Notes: generated from the letters alone by a model not told the origin. A DNA stretch of 64,000 bases from Bacteroidota bacterium (GCA_036339955.1 JAYYZX010000006.1:68690-132689), one strand, 5' to 3'. Numbered from the stretch's first letter, positions 31,309-43,029 are shown. A program made the numbers and translations.

Positions 31309-32277
31309 TCAGCGTCTTCTACTTAAAAGATTCTCAATAAAAATGATTAATTGTTTCTTGTTTGAAGAGTTCAAATCTTTTAAATGTTCTATGCTTTTAT
31401 TATAGTAGCTCCCTATTAATTTTGTAGTATATGAAACAATATCTAATTCATCAAAAATGCTTTTAACTACAGATATTTTTTTATCAGGATTCATGCTAAT
31501 ATCAGAAAAACACTTCACTAAAATTCTTTTTTGTTTCATGTTAGCTAAGTCTAATGCTTTTAAATATAAAACTGTTTTTTTGTTAACTAATATATCTCCT
31601 CCTTGCTTTTTACCAAAAGTAGAAGATTCTGAGTATAAGTCTAACAAATCATCTTGTAATTGAAATGCAATACCAATATCAATGCCAAAATTATAAAGAG
31701 CTTTACTTTCTTTTTTATCGCATCCTCCAAGAACTCCCCCTATTTGTAATCCCCCAGCAAATAACATACTAGTTTTATATTTAATCATATCTAAATATTC
31801 GTCAATAGAAACATTCATCTTAGATTCAAAGTCCATATCTAATTGTTGACCTTCACAGACTTTAATTGCTATTGAATTAAAAATATTTAAAACTTGATTT
31901 ATATTTTTATTTTTTGTCTCTAATAATAGTTCATAGGCTTTAATTAACATAGTATCTCCTGATAAAATTGCGTTGTTATATCCAAATTTATTATGCACAG
32001 TAGAGTACCCTCTTCTTAAAGGGGCTTTATCCATAATGTCATCATGTAGCAAAGTAAAATTATGAAAAACTTCAATACTTAAAGCTGCTGGTAATGCTGA
32101 CTTGATATTTTCATTAAATAGTTGATGTGATAATAAAAGTAAAATAGGCCTTATACGTTTTCCTCCTAAAGATAATATATACTGAATAGGGTTATATAAC
32201 TTCCTCGGAGATTCTGGAAGCTTAAGATTCTCTATTTCCTGTTCAATAAGTTTATTTAATTCTGAAATAGTATACAT
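31309..32277 (-). CDS. Polyprenyl (FPP/GGPP) synthetase
   Basis: GGKRIRP, LHDDIMD..RRG, FQLQDDLLD. Confidence 0.92.
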   Translation of the reverse strand: MYTISELNKLIEQEIENLKLPESPRKLYNPIQYILSLGGKRIRPILLLLSHQLFNENIKSALPAALSIEVFHNFTLLHDDIMDKAPLRRGYSTVHNKFGYNNAILSGDTMLIKAYELLLETKNKNINQVLNIFNSIAIKVCEGQQLDMDFESKMNVSIDEYLDMIKYKTSMLFAGGLQIGGVLGGCDKKESKALYNFGIDIGIAFQLQDDLLDLYSESSTFGKKQGGDILVNKKTVLYLKALDLANMKQKRILVKCFSDISMNPDKKISVVKSIFDELDIVSYTTKLIGSYYNKSIEHLKDLNSSNKKQLIIFIENLLSRRR

Positions 32278-33134
32278 TATACAATCAACAACGTATCTAA
32301 ATACTCTCCGTACCCACTATTTCGTAAAGGCGCTGCCAACTTTAAAAGCTGTTCTTTATCTATAAATTTCATTTTATATGCTGCTTCTTCAATACATCCG
32401 ATTTTTCTTCCTTGTCTATCTTCAATAACTTGTACAAACTGGGTTGCTTGAGTAAGAGATGTGAAAGTTCCTGTATCAAGCCAAGCGGTTCCTCTACCTA
32501 ATAATTTTACTTGCAATTTCTTCTGACGCAAAAATTCTTTATTTATATCTGTTATTTCATACTCACCTCTAAGGCTTGGCTTTAAATTTTTTGCAATATT
32601 AATTACACTATTATCATAATAATATAATCCTGGTATTGCATAATTTGATTTTGGGCTATCCGGTTTTTCTTCAATAGATAAAACATTAAAATTTTCATCA
32701 TACTCTACAACTCCATATCGTTTTGGATCATTGACATGATAACCAAAAATAATACCTCCATCAACATTCGAACATGATTCAACAATATTCCTTTTCATAT
32801 AAAAAATATTATCTCCTAAGATTAAGCACACTTTGTCATTCCCAATAAAGCTTTCCCCAAGAATAAATGCCTGAGCTAAACCATTAGGCGTTTCTTGTAT
32901 TTTATATTGGAAATTACACCCTAATTGTGAACCATCTCCCAAAAGATGTTGGAATAATGGTATATGATCAGGCGTAGAAATAATTAAAATATCCTTAATC
33001 CCTGAATACAATAATGTAGATAAAGGATAATAAATCATAGGTTTATCATAAATAGGCATCATTTGCTTACTCATTGCTAAAGTAATAGGATACAGCCTAG
33101 TTCCTGAACCTCCTGCTAAAATTATTCCCTTCAT
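32277..33134 (-). CDS. rfbA: Glucose-1-phosphate thymidylyltransferase
   Basis: GIILAGGSGTRLYP, KPMIYYP, LGDN, RGEYEITD, WLDTGT. Confidence 0.96.
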   Translation of the reverse strand: MKGIILAGGSGTRLYPITLAMSKQMMPIYDKPMIYYPLSTLLYSGIKDILIISTPDHIPLFQHLLGDGSQLGCNFQYKIQETPNGLAQAFILGESFIGNDKVCLILGDNIFYMKRNIVESCSNVDGGIIFGYHVNDPKRYGVVEYDENFNVLSIEEKPDSPKSNYAIPGLYYYDNSVINIAKNLKPSLRGEYEITDINKEFLRQKKLQVKLLGRGTAWLDTGTFTSLTQATQFVQVIEDRQGRKIGCIEEAAYKMKFIDKEQLLKLAAPLRNSGYGEYLDTLLIV

Positions 33135-33189
33135 TTCTTTTTTACTTTTGATTAACTTAACGAGTCTCTATCATATAGATAGACTTGAC

Positions 33190-33753
33190 TTAAACTTTCA
33201 TAATTTCAATTTCTTTAGAGCTAAAAATATCATTAATCTTTTCAATATATTTATCTGTTAACTTCTGAGTACTAGATTCTGCATCCCTAATTATATCTTC
33301 TGAGAAGCCTTCTTTACTAAGTTTTTTAATGTGGTCATTTGTTTTTTGTCTAACATTTCGGATTGTAACTTTTGACATTTCAGATTCTGCTTTAGCTTGT
33401 TTCACTAATTCTTTACGTCTATCTTCAGTTAATGGCGGAATATTGATAATAACTCTTTCTCCATTATTAGATGGTGTGAAACCTAGATCTGCATTCGTAA
33501 TTGCATTCTCAATATCTGAAATTAAATTTTTATCAAATGGCTGTATACTTATCGTCTGTGAGTCAGGAGTTGTTATGTTTGAAGTTTGAGCTAACGGTGT
33601 TTGTGATCCATAATAATCAACCATAATTGTTCTAAGCATTTGAGGATTTGCCTTCCCTGCTCTTATTTTTGAGAATATATTATCTAAATGATTTTTAGCT
33701 TCTTCCATCTGCTCTTCCGCTAATTGTAAATAAAATAAAACTTGTTCGTCCAT
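33190..33753 (-). CDS. frr: Ribosome recycling factor
   Basis: IRAGKANP, VDYYG, IPPLTEDRRKELVK. Confidence 0.97.
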   Translation of the reverse strand: MDEQVLFYLQLAEEQMEEAKNHLDNIFSKIRAGKANPQMLRTIMVDYYGSQTPLAQTSNITTPDSQTISIQPFDKNLISDIENAITNADLGFTPSNNGERVIINIPPLTEDRRKELVKQAKAESEMSKVTIRNVRQKTNDHIKKLSKEGFSEDIIRDAESSTQKLTDKYIEKINDIFSSKEIEIMKV

Positions 33754-33784
33754 TTTTTATAATTGCAATTTATTCTGCAATCTA

Positions 33785-34492
33785 TTAAAAATTAACTAAT
33801 GTACCAATAGTTTCTCCACGACAAATTTTAAGAAGATTGTTTTCTATATTCATATTGAATACTTTAATTGGTAATTGATTCTCTTTACATAATGTGAAGG
33901 CTGTTAAATCCATAACATTAAGTTCTTGCTTATAAATCTCATCAAAAGAAATCTCATTATATTTCTTTGCTGCATTATCTTTCTCAGGATCTGAAGAATA
34001 GATTCCGTCAACTCTTGTCCCTTTCATAATAATATTTGCTTCAATTTCAATTGCTCTTAGTGTTGCAGCAGTATCAGTAGAGAAGTAAGGGTTCCCTGTT
34101 CCTCCTCCAAAAATTACAACCCTTCCTTTTTCTAAATGTCTAATTGCCTTACGTCTAATATATGGTTCTGCAACTTGTTCCATCCTTATTGCAGTCATAA
34201 GCCTTGTTGCTATATTGATCTTCTCAAGTGCAGATTGTAAAGCCATCCCATTAATAATAGTAGCAAGCATTCCCATATGATCTCCTTGAACTCTATCAAA
34301 ACCAGCCCCTTCAGATTGTACCCCTCTGTATATATTCCCTCCTCCAATTACAATTGCAACCTCAACATCTTCATTAACAACTTTTTGAATATTTGAAGCA
34401 TAGAAAGATAACTTATCTGAATCAATACCATAACCTTTTTCTCCCATTAAAGATTCTCCACTTAACTTCAATAATATCCTTTTATATTTCAT
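33785..34492 (-). CDS. pyrH: UMP kinase
   Basis: [25 protein letters not shown]. Confidence 0.97.
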   Translation of the reverse strand: MKYKRILLKLSGESLMGEKGYGIDSDKLSFYASNIQKVVNEDVEVAIVIGGGNIYRGVQSEGAGFDRVQGDHMGMLATIINGMALQSALEKINIATRLMTAIRMEQVAEPYIRRKAIRHLEKGRVVIFGGGTGNPYFSTDTAATLRAIEIEANIIMKGTRVDGIYSSDPEKDNAAKKYNEISFDEIYKQELNVMDLTAFTLCKENQLPIKVFNMNIENNLLKICRGETIGTLVNF

Positions 34493-34529
34493 GCTTATTA
34501 GTAATTTGTTAAAATAGCTAGTCTAGAAA

Positions 34530-35351
34530 TTAATTTGATAATGCAACACGTTTAAACATTGTTATAGTAGCATCTTTGTCACTTTCTGATAAATATTGTC
34601 GAACTGATATTTTATTATCCTTGATAAATATTTGATCTAACAAAGTATTTTCTTTAAAAAATTTGTTTAATCTTCCTAACGCAATTTTTTCTAACATTGC
34701 TTCTGGCTTCCCTTCTTCTCTTGCTTGTTCTTTACCTATAGAAAGCTCTCGGTTTATAATTTCTTCTGAAACGCTGTCTCTATCAATAGCTATAGGATTC
34801 ATTGCTGCTACCTGCATAGCAATATCTTTCCCTACTTGTAAATTATTAAGATTTTCAAAGCCTATTATTGTTGCTAATCTATTCCCAGGATGTATATAAA
34901 AACTTACTTTTTCTGATTGGATAATTTCTATACTAACATCTAATTTCTCTCCAATTACACCTGTTTGCTCAAGAATCTTTTCATCAATAGTTAGTTCTGG
35001 TTCTAAATCAATGGATCTTAATTCTTCATTACTTGTAATATTGCTTTTTAACGCTGCTTCTAAAATGCTTTGGGCTAATAAAATAAAATCATTATTTTTT
35101 GCAACAAAATCTGTTTCGCAATTAAGGCTTATTATTATGCCTCTTGTATTATTAACTCCTGCAATAACAACCCCCTCAGCAGCATCTCTATCTGCTCTCT
35201 TAGAAGCAACTTTTTGGCCTTGTTTTCTTAAAATATCAATAGCTTCATCAAAATTTCCAGAAGCTGAAATCAATGCTTTTTTACAATCCATCATTCCTGC
35301 TCCAGTTTGTTTCCTTAGTTTATTAACATCCGATGCGGTTATTGTACTCAT
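34530..35351 (-). CDS. tsf: Elongation factor Ts
   Basis: LRKQTGAGMMDCKKAL, NCETDFVAKN, AMQVAAM. Confidence 0.97.
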   Translation of the reverse strand: MSTITASDVNKLRKQTGAGMMDCKKALISASGNFDEAIDILRKQGQKVASKRADRDAAEGVVIAGVNNTRGIIISLNCETDFVAKNNDFILLAQSILEAALKSNITSNEELRSIDLEPELTIDEKILEQTGVIGEKLDVSIEIIQSEKVSFYIHPGNRLATIIGFENLNNLQVGKDIAMQVAAMNPIAIDRDSVSEEIINRELSIGKEQAREEGKPEAMLEKIALGRLNKFFKENTLLDQIFIKDNKISVRQYLSESDKDATITMFKRVALSN

Positions 35352-36121
35352 TATTTTGTTTGCTTTTTATTTTGTTCCTCGATAATCTCTTTAGCTTTCA
35401 TTTGTTTTTCATCTGCTTTTCTTTTATTTCTCTTGTCTTTTTCTGCCAAACCTTCAGATATTGCCTGAGTGATGATTTTTACAATACATTCTATAGACTT
35501 CGTAGCATCATCATTCCCAGGGATTGGATAATCAACTAGATTTGGATTTGTATTAGTATCTACAACAGCAAATGAACGTATGCTTAGTTTTCTAGATTCA
35601 GCAACAGCAATATGCTCTTTGTTTATATCTATAATAAATACTGCTTCTGGCATACGAGTCATACTAATGATACTCCCAAAGTTTAACTCTAGTTTAGCTC
35701 TAGTACGCTCTATTTGCAGTCTTTCTCTTTTGGATAAAGTATCAAAAGTCCCATCTATTTTCATTTTATCAATAGCATCCATTTTTTTGACTGACCTTCT
35801 AATAGTAGCAAAATTAGTAAGTAAACCTCCTGGCCATCTCTCTGTAATATATGGCATATTTACAGATTTTGCTGCTTCTGCAACAATTGTTTTAGCTTGT
35901 TTTTTAGTAGCAACAAATAAAATCTTCTTTCCAGATGTTGCTATCTGTTTTAATGCTGCGGCGGCTTCTTCAGCCATAGCAACAGTTTTATTAAGATCTA
36001 TTACATGAATTCCTTTACGCTCCATAAAAACATAAGGAGACATTGCGGGATTCCATTTCTTTTTTAAGTGTCCAAAATGGACCCCTGATTCTAATAATTC
36101 TTTGAAATTTGTTCTTGTCAT
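35351..36121 (-). CDS. rpsB: 30S ribosomal protein S2
   Basis: GVHFGH, RWPGGLLTNF, DTN, PGNDD. Confidence 0.97.
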   Translation of the reverse strand: MTRTNFKELLESGVHFGHLKKKWNPAMSPYVFMERKGIHVIDLNKTVAMAEEAAAALKQIATSGKKILFVATKKQAKTIVAEAAKSVNMPYITERWPGGLLTNFATIRRSVKKMDAIDKMKIDGTFDTLSKRERLQIERTRAKLELNFGSIISMTRMPEAVFIIDINKEHIAVAESRKLSIRSFAVVDTNTNPNLVDYPIPGNDDATKSIECIVKIITQAISEGLAEKDKRNKRKADEKQMKAKEIIEEQNKKQTK

Positions 36122-36208
36122 GTTTACTTTCTTTTTTTAATCAACCACTAAGTAGAAATATTACAATATTTTTCTTAACAGTTTAGATGCTAAACATCAA
36201 TTAATAAT
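36122..36208 (-). promoter_or_regulatory. Structured rpsB leader (candidate autoregulatory RNA)
   Basis: GTTTAG-CAT-CTAAAC hairpin plus alternative ATGTTTA/TAAACAT pairing over the start codon; central AAATAT/ATATTT hairpin. Confidence 0.45.
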
Positions 36209-36595
36209 TTATCTTTTAACCCACTGGAATTTTTTTCGGGCTTTCTTCTGCCCAGGTTTTTTCCTTTCAACTACCCTTGAATCTCTTGTAAGTAATCCAT
36301 TTGATTTAAGTGATGGCTTATTCGCTTCATCAATTTTACAAAGAGCTCTTGCTATAGCTAATTTAATTGCATCTGCTTGCCCTGTATTCCCTCCTCCATA
36401 AACACTAACTTGAATATCAAAATCTTTAGATAAATTCAAGACATCTAAAGGTTTACATACTGTTGATTGTAATGACTTTAAAGAAAAATACTCGTCTAAT
36501 TTTTGTTTGTTTACAATGATATTTCCTTCCCCTTTTGAGAGAAAAACTCTAGCAATTGATGCTTTCCTTCTTCCTATGGCGTGAGTATTTTGCAT
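36209..36595 (-). CDS. rpsI: 30S ribosomal protein S9
   Basis: GRRK, GGG..GQA.AI, LLTRD.R.VERKK, KR terminus. Confidence 0.97.
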   Translation of the reverse strand: MQNTHAIGRRKASIARVFLSKGEGNIIVNKQKLDEYFSLKSLQSTVCKPLDVLNLSKDFDIQVSVYGGGNTGQADAIKLAIARALCKIDEANKPSLKSNGLLTRDSRVVERKKPGQKKARKKFQWVKR

Positions 36596-36596
36596 A

Positions 36597-37052
36597 TTAC
36601 CTTAAATCATTTAAATTAATTGTTTCTGGTTTTTGAGCTTGATGATTATGCTCTGCTTCTGCATAAATAAAACAATTTCTTAAAATAGCGCTCCCTAACT
36701 TATTTTTAGGTAGCATCCCTTTAATTGCATGACGTACCACAGCTGTTTTGTTTTTTCTTAAAATTTCTGCAGGATTTTTTCTCTTTTGTCCTCCTGGATA
36801 GCCAGTATGAGAAAATAATTCTCTATTTTCCATCTTATTTCCAGACATACTAATTTTTCCCGCGTTAACAATAATAACATAATCTCCACAATCAGCATGA
36901 GGTGTGAAATTTGTCTTGTATTTTCCACGCAAGATCTTTGCTATTTTGGAAGCAAACCTTCCTAATATTTGATCTTCTGCATCAACCAGTTTCCACTCTT
37001 TTTCTGCATTCTTTTTATTGACCGAAATTGTTTTATAACTCAAAGTATCCAT
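36597..37052 (-). CDS. rplM: 50S ribosomal protein L13
   Basis: VDA..LGR, FTPH.DCGD, HTGYPGG, GMLPKNKLG. Confidence 0.97.
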   Translation of the reverse strand: MDTLSYKTISVNKKNAEKEWKLVDAEDQILGRFASKIAKILRGKYKTNFTPHADCGDYVIIVNAGKISMSGNKMENRELFSHTGYPGGQKRKNPAEILRKNKTAVVRHAIKGMLPKNKLGSAILRNCFIYAEAEHNHQAQKPETINLNDLR

Positions 37053-37129
37053 TATATCTTAATAATATCTTTTTTATAAGGAGTGCAAAGCTACACTTTT
37101 TTGGAAATCTTACAAAATTTATTAATTAT

Positions 37130-38320
37130 TTAATTAAGAAGCTTTATTTGTTTGCCAACTGTAATAAAAGCATGAATAGCTTTATCTAATTCTTCTTTTG
37201 TATGAGCTGCTGAAATCTGAACACGAATTCTTGCTTCCCCTTTTGGGACAACAGGGAAAAAGAAGCCGATTACATAAACACCTTGATCCAGTAATTTTTC
37301 TGCCATTTCTTGTGCAATATTAGCATCATATAGCATGATAGGGACAATAGGATGAATTCCTTCTTTTATATTAAATCCTGCCTCAGTCATTTTTTGTCGA
37401 AAATATTGAGTGTTATTCATTAATTTTTCTTTTAAATATGTGCTTTCACTAAGCATATCAATAACTTTGGATGCTGCTCCAACAATAGAAGGAGCAAGAG
37501 AATTAGAGAATAGATATGGCCTCGATTTTTGACGTAATATCTCAATAATTTCTTTTTTCGCTGAAGTAAATCCCCCCATAGCTCCTCCTAAGGCTTTACC
37601 TAGGGTTCCTGTAATAATATCTATTCTATTCATTACATTACAATATTCATGTGTCCCTCTTCCTTTTTCTCCTATAAAACCTGTTGCATGAGAATCATCT
37701 ACCATAACAACTGCATTATATTTATCTGCTAAGTCACAAATTTTATCCAACTTAGCAATATATCCATCCATAGAAAACACCCCATCCGTAACAATAATAC
37801 GATTACGCTCCGATTGAGAGTCTTTTAATTTTTGTTCTAAATCTTGCATGTTATTATTCTTATATCTGTAACGTACTGCTTTACATAATCTAACGCCATC
37901 TATAATAGAAGCATGATTTAAAGAATCAGAAATTATAGCATCTTCTGAAGAAAATAATGGCTCAAATACTCCACCATTAGCATCAAAAGCAGCTGCATAA
38001 AGAATAGTGTCTTCCATTCCTAAAAAATTTGAAATCTTAGATTCTAATTCTTTATGAATATTCTGTGTCCCACAAATAAATCGAACAGATGACATCCCGT
38101 ATCCATGTGTGTCAAGAGTCTCTTTAGATGCTTGTATAACTTGAGGGTGAGATGATAATCCTAAATAATTATTTGCGCAAAAATTAATAACTTGTTCACC
38201 TGTACTAACACGTATTAATACCCCCTGAGGATTAGTAATAATACGCTCTTTCTTATATAATCCTGAAGATTTTATTACCTTTAATTCCTGTTGTAATTCT
38301 TCTTTTATTTTACCTAACAT
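37130..38320 (-). CDS. kbl: Glycine C-acetyltransferase (2-amino-3-ketobutyrate CoA ligase)
   Basis: [45 protein letters not shown]. Confidence 0.95.
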   Translation of the reverse strand: MLGKIKEELQQELKVIKSSGLYKKERIITNPQGVLIRVSTGEQVINFCANNYLGLSSHPQVIQASKETLDTHGYGMSSVRFICGTQNIHKELESKISNFLGMEDTILYAAAFDANGGVFEPLFSSEDAIISDSLNHASIIDGVRLCKAVRYRYKNNNMQDLEQKLKDSQSERNRIIVTDGVFSMDGYIAKLDKICDLADKYNAVVMVDDSHATGFIGEKGRGTHEYCNVMNRIDIITGTLGKALGGAMGGFTSAKKEIIEILRQKSRPYLFSNSLAPSIVGAASKVIDMLSESTYLKEKLMNNTQYFRQKMTEAGFNIKEGIHPIVPIMLYDANIAQEMAEKLLDQGVYVIGFFFPVVPKGEARIRVQISAAHTKEELDKAIHAFITVGKQIKLLN

Positions 38321-38338
38321 AACAAATATAATTAGGCT

Positions 38339-39679
38339 TTAAACAACTCCTTGGTCAAGCATTGCATCAGCAACTTTAACAAAACCTGCAATGTTTGCCC
38401 CTTTAACATAATCTATACTCTTATCTTCTCTAGTCCCATACTCAACACATGACTCATGAATATTAGACATAATCTCTTTTAATCTAATATCAACTTTCTC
38501 TCGATTCCAGCTCATGCGTAATGAATTTTGCGCCATCTCAAGCCCTGATGTTGCAACCCCACCAGCATTAGATGCTTTCCCTGGAGCAAACAAAATATTT
38601 GCGTTTTGAAATATTTCAATAGATTTAGGGGTTGAAGGCATATTTGCTCCTTCTACAACACAAATACATCCATTATTAACTAATAATTTAGCATCATTTT
38701 CATCTAACTCATTTTGAGTTGCACAAGGAAGTGCAATATCGCAGGATACACTCCAAGGTTTTTCATTTGCAAAAAATTTACACTTATACTTTTCTGCATA
38801 TTTTTTTATTCTTCCTCGTTGTATATTTTTGAGGTTCATGATAAACGCTAATTTCTCTTTATCTATTCCGGATGGATCATAAATATATCCTGATGAATCT
38901 GACATTGTAATAACTTTACCTCCTAATTCTATTACTTTCTCACAAGCAAACTGAGCAACATTACCTGAACCTGAAATAATCACTGTTTTCTCCTTAATAG
39001 AATCTCCATTTACCTTCAGCATATTTTGAGTAAAATAAACTGCTCCATAACCAGTAGCTTCAAGACGTATTAATGATCCTCCCCAACCAATCCCCTTCCC
39101 TGTTAATACTCCTGAATATTCGTTTGATATTCTTTTATATTGACCAAACATATACCCGATTTCACGTCTCCCAACTCCTATATCACCAGCAGGAACATCA
39201 GTATTAGGGCCAATATGCCTAAACAATTCTGTAATAAATGATTGGCAAAATTTCATCACTTCATTATCTGACTTCCCTTTTGGGTCAAAATCAGAACCTC
39301 CTTTTCCTCCTCCCATAGGTAATGTAGTTAATGCATTTTTAAATATTTGTTCAAATCCTAAAAATTTAAGAATAGACAAATTTACTGAAGGATGAAATCT
39401 AAGACCTCCTTTATAAGGGCCTATAGCTGAATTAAATTGGATGCGATAACCTCTATTGACTTGGATTTCTCCGTTGTCATCTAACCATGGGACTCTAAAA
39501 ATAACTGTCCTTTCAGGCTCTACAATTTGCTCGAGTAACTTAGTGTTATTATATTTTGGATTATTATCCATAAATGGCATAATAATTTCCGCAACCTCTT
39601 GTACTGCTTGTAAAAACTCTTGTTCCCCAGCATTATTAGTTGCAACATAATTCATAAAATCCTGAATTCTTTTTTCCAT
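38339..39679 (-). CDS. gdhA: NADP-specific glutamate dehydrogenase
   Basis: [37 protein letters not shown]. Confidence 0.96.
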   Translation of the reverse strand: MEKRIQDFMNYVATNNAGEQEFLQAVQEVAEIIMPFMDNNPKYNNTKLLEQIVEPERTVIFRVPWLDDNGEIQVNRGYRIQFNSAIGPYKGGLRFHPSVNLSILKFLGFEQIFKNALTTLPMGGGKGGSDFDPKGKSDNEVMKFCQSFITELFRHIGPNTDVPAGDIGVGRREIGYMFGQYKRISNEYSGVLTGKGIGWGGSLIRLEATGYGAVYFTQNMLKVNGDSIKEKTVIISGSGNVAQFACEKVIELGGKVITMSDSSGYIYDPSGIDKEKLAFIMNLKNIQRGRIKKYAEKYKCKFFANEKPWSVSCDIALPCATQNELDENDAKLLVNNGCICVVEGANMPSTPKSIEIFQNANILFAPGKASNAGGVATSGLEMAQNSLRMSWNREKVDIRLKEIMSNIHESCVEYGTREDKSIDYVKGANIAGFVKVADAMLDQGVV

Positions 39680-39826
39680 TTATTTTATATATTCTATGAT
39701 TAATACAAAAACAAATGTATACTATATTTTTAAAAAACAAATAATTGGAGCTTATTAAAAAAAGAATATTTAATTCACCCAATATATTTTTATATTTGCT
39801 TTACGATATATTATTAAGTTTATTAT

Positions 39827-42322
39827 ATGAAAAAAATTAGTTTCTTATTCATGCTTGTTTTATGTTCAAGTATTATTCATGGACAAAGTATTTATGGTGT
39901 TATTACAGATAAAATATCAAAAGAATCACTAGTTGGAGTAAATATAATTACAGAAAATAATCAAGGTGTAGCCTCAAATGTCAATGGAAAATATCATCTA
40001 GATTTAGAAGAAGGGTCTCATCAAATTACTTTTAAATATATTGGATATGATGATATTATAGAAGAGGTGATATTAAAAAAGGGGGACAAAAAAGCTTTAA
40101 ATATAGAGATGAGTATTAATTCCGAACAGCTAAGTACTGTTGTTGTTTCTGCAGGTAAGTTTGAACAAAAAATTGAAGAGATTACTGTGTCTATGGAAGT
40201 TATAAAACCAGCTTTAATAGAAAATAAAAATACGACGGATATACAAACTGTAATGGATCAGGTCCCTGGGGTTAATATAACCGATGGGCAAGCAAATATA
40301 AGAGGTGGTAGTGGATGGAGCTATGGAGCTGGAACAAGAGTCCTAGTTATGGTTGATAACATGCCTCTAATTTCTGGAGATGCTGGGCAAGTACAATGGA
40401 AGTTAATTGGGACCGAGAATATCAATCAAATTGAAGTGATAAAAGGGGCTTCTTCTGTTTTGTATGGGTCTTCCGCGTTAAATGGAATAATAAATATACG
40501 AACTGCATTCCCTTCTGAAACCAAAATAGCAAAAAATGCATCTAGTGGATATACAAAAATAAATAGTCATTTTGGATTATATGATTTCCCTGAAAGGGAT
40601 GAATTAAATTGGTCGGGAACTCCCGTTAATCAAGCAGGTGTACTAAAAAATAAACGACGCGCATTTAAAGGCGTTGATTTTTTCCATGCTCAAAAAATTG
40701 CAAATCTAGATTTAACATTAGGAGGAAATTGGTTTGAGGATGATGGATATAGAATGGGAGAAAAGAATAGTAGAAAGCGTATCAATTTTAGCACAAAATA
40801 TAAAGACCAAAAAATTGAAGGGCTTTCTTATGGGTTGCTAGGTAATTTTTTAATGCAACAATCTGGATATAATTTACTTTGGGATCACTATGATAGAGCC
40901 TATACTCCTTTTCAAAATGATTTAAATACAACAAAAGGAGAGACATATAATATAGATCCTTCTATAACATATATGTATGATGATAATATCCATTCTCTAC
41001 GTACAAGATATCTAAAGGTAATTAATGATAATAGCACTAATGGAGAAGATAATATGCAGGATAACGAATCTGATTTATTCTATTTAGATTATCAATGGCA
41101 AAAGAATATCGATAAGTATAATCTTCGCGTAACCTCAGGGGTAACTAATGAATTAGTGTATGCAAAATCTGTACTATTTGATGGGGAGTATTCTAGAAGT
41201 AATCATGCCTTTTATACACAAATCGATAAAAAATGGAGAAAATTTAATTTTTCTATTGGCGGAAGATATGAGCATTTTCGTGTAACTGCTTCTAAACCAT
41301 ATGTAAATGCTGAAGGAGATACAATAAATGGATCAAACACAGGGAAGCCTGTATTTAGAGGTGGAGTAAACTATCAATTAGCAAAAGCTACATTTATACG
41401 AGGTTCTTGGGGACAAGGATTTCGCTTCCCTTCTATAGCAGAAATGTTTATTACTACAAATGTGGCAGGATTTGAAATTTTTAATAACCCTGCATTAAAA
41501 CCAGAAAAAGGATGGAGTGCAGAAATAGGAATTAAACAAGGTCTTAAATTGGGGGAATGGAAAGGGTATGTCGATGTAGCAGCATTTGTAATGGAATATG
41601 ATGATATGATGGAATTTACATTTGGGATGCTCGGAGATACTATCTTTTGGGAAAATGGATTCCCTGTAGGTGGAATAGGGTTTAAATCACTAAATATTGG
41701 GGGAACTCAAATTAGTGGTATAGAGCTAAGTATTGCTGGTTCTGGGAAGCTAACAAAAGATATTGAAATTAATGTGTTAGCAGGATACACGTATATAAAG
41801 CCTATTATCAAAGATTCTGCAAATATTTATTTGGTACATCCATACCGTATTAATAGTGATGGGAACACTTTCCCTGACACATATGTTGATACTATAACAT
41901 ATGCTAATAGTAGCTCCGATGCAAGTGTATTAAAATATAGACATCAGCATATTGCAAAACTAGATTTGGAAATAAAATATAAAAAATTATCAGTTGGAGG
42001 TAGTTGTAGATATAACGATTTTATGAAAAATATTGACGAAGTATTTACATCTTGGATAGTTAATCCTGTAACCGCTTGGGAGGACCCTCCATTAGATCTT
42101 GGGATTAATGAATCTCGTGGAGATAACGACCCTGATGATGGTAAAGTAGAAACACACAATAAGGGAGATATCATGATTGATGTTCGTGCTGGATATCAAA
42201 TAACAAAAAATATACGATTAGGAGCAATAGTTAATAACTTAATGAATGTAGAATATATTGCGCGCCCCGCTGACATGAAATCTCCAAGGACATTCGCTCT
42301 TCAATGTTCCTATAAATTATAA
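39827..42322 (+). CDS. TonB-dependent receptor (no adjacent SusD)
   Basis: N-terminal CarboxypepD-reg-like domain, plug IEVIKGASSVLYGS..GIINI, LKPEKGW, NNL.N..Y. Confidence 0.92.
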   Translation: MKKISFLFMLVLCSSIIHGQSIYGVITDKISKESLVGVNIITENNQGVASNVNGKYHLDLEEGSHQITFKYIGYDDIIEEVILKKGDKKALNIEMSINSEQLSTVVVSAGKFEQKIEEITVSMEVIKPALIENKNTTDIQTVMDQVPGVNITDGQANIRGGSGWSYGAGTRVLVMVDNMPLISGDAGQVQWKLIGTENINQIEVIKGASSVLYGSSALNGIINIRTAFPSETKIAKNASSGYTKINSHFGLYDFPERDELNWSGTPVNQAGVLKNKRRAFKGVDFFHAQKIANLDLTLGGNWFEDDGYRMGEKNSRKRINFSTKYKDQKIEGLSYGLLGNFLMQQSGYNLLWDHYDRAYTPFQNDLNTTKGETYNIDPSITYMYDDNIHSLRTRYLKVINDNSTNGEDNMQDNESDLFYLDYQWQKNIDKYNLRVTSGVTNELVYAKSVLFDGEYSRSNHAFYTQIDKKWRKFNFSIGGRYEHFRVTASKPYVNAEGDTINGSNTGKPVFRGGVNYQLAKATFIRGSWGQGFRFPSIAEMFITTNVAGFEIFNNPALKPEKGWSAEIGIKQGLKLGEWKGYVDVAAFVMEYDDMMEFTFGMLGDTIFWENGFPVGGIGFKSLNIGGTQISGIELSIAGSGKLTKDIEINVLAGYTYIKPIIKDSANIYLVHPYRINSDGNTFPDTYVDTITYANSSSDASVLKYRHQHIAKLDLEIKYKKLSVGGSCRYNDFMKNIDEVFTSWIVNPVTAWEDPPLDLGINESRGDNDPDDGKVETHNKGDIMIDVRAGYQITKNIRLGAIVNNLMNVEYIARPADMKSPRTFALQCSYKL

Positions 42323-42324
42323 TT

Positions 42325-43029
42325 ATGAAAATTCTCGGAGTAATTCCTGCTCGTTATGCATCAGTTAGGTTCCCTGGTAAAATTCTAGAACCAATCTTAG
42401 GAGAAAGTATGATTAGTCGAGTATATAAACAAGCATTGAAATCGAATTCATTAAGTAAAGTAATAGTTGCTACTGATGATACAAGAATATCTAATCATGT
42501 AGAAGATTTTAAAGGCAATGTCGTATTAACATCTTCCAAACATAAATCCGGTACAGATAGATGTAATGAAGTTATAACAAAATTAAATGAAAAATATGAT
42601 GCTATAATAAATATTCAAGGAGATGAACCATTTATTGATCCAAAGCAAATAGAACAAGTTGCATTATTACTAAATAATAAGTCTACACAAATTGCCACCT
42701 TAGCTAAACATATAACAATTAAAGATGAATTGTCAGATACAAATACTCCAAAAGTTTTTTTTGACAAAAATATGTTTGCGAAAAAATTTGTTCGACTATT
42801 AAATGAAAAAGATTTAAATGAACAAAAAGTATATAAACATATAGGGATATATGGTTATCAAGCTTCTATATTGTCAAAAATTGCAAAATTAAAACCTACA
42901 AAAAATGAGCTCAATCAAAAGCTTGAACAATTACGCTGGCTAGACAATGGATATAATATAATAGTAGGTATTACAACCAAAGAAAGTAGTTCAATCGATA
43001 CTCCTGAGGATATTTTAAAAATATCTTAA
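42325..43029 (+). CDS. kdsB: 3-deoxy-manno-octulosonate cytidylyltransferase
   Basis: IPARYASVRFPGK, SGTDR, NIQGDEP, HIGIY, LEQLRWL. Confidence 0.95.
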   Translation: MKILGVIPARYASVRFPGKILEPILGESMISRVYKQALKSNSLSKVIVATDDTRISNHVEDFKGNVVLTSSKHKSGTDRCNEVITKLNEKYDAIINIQGDEPFIDPKQIEQVALLLNNKSTQIATLAKHITIKDELSDTNTPKVFFDKNMFAKKFVRLLNEKDLNEQKVYKHIGIYGYQASILSKIAKLKPTKNELNQKLEQLRWLDNGYNIIVGITTKESSSIDTPEDILKIS

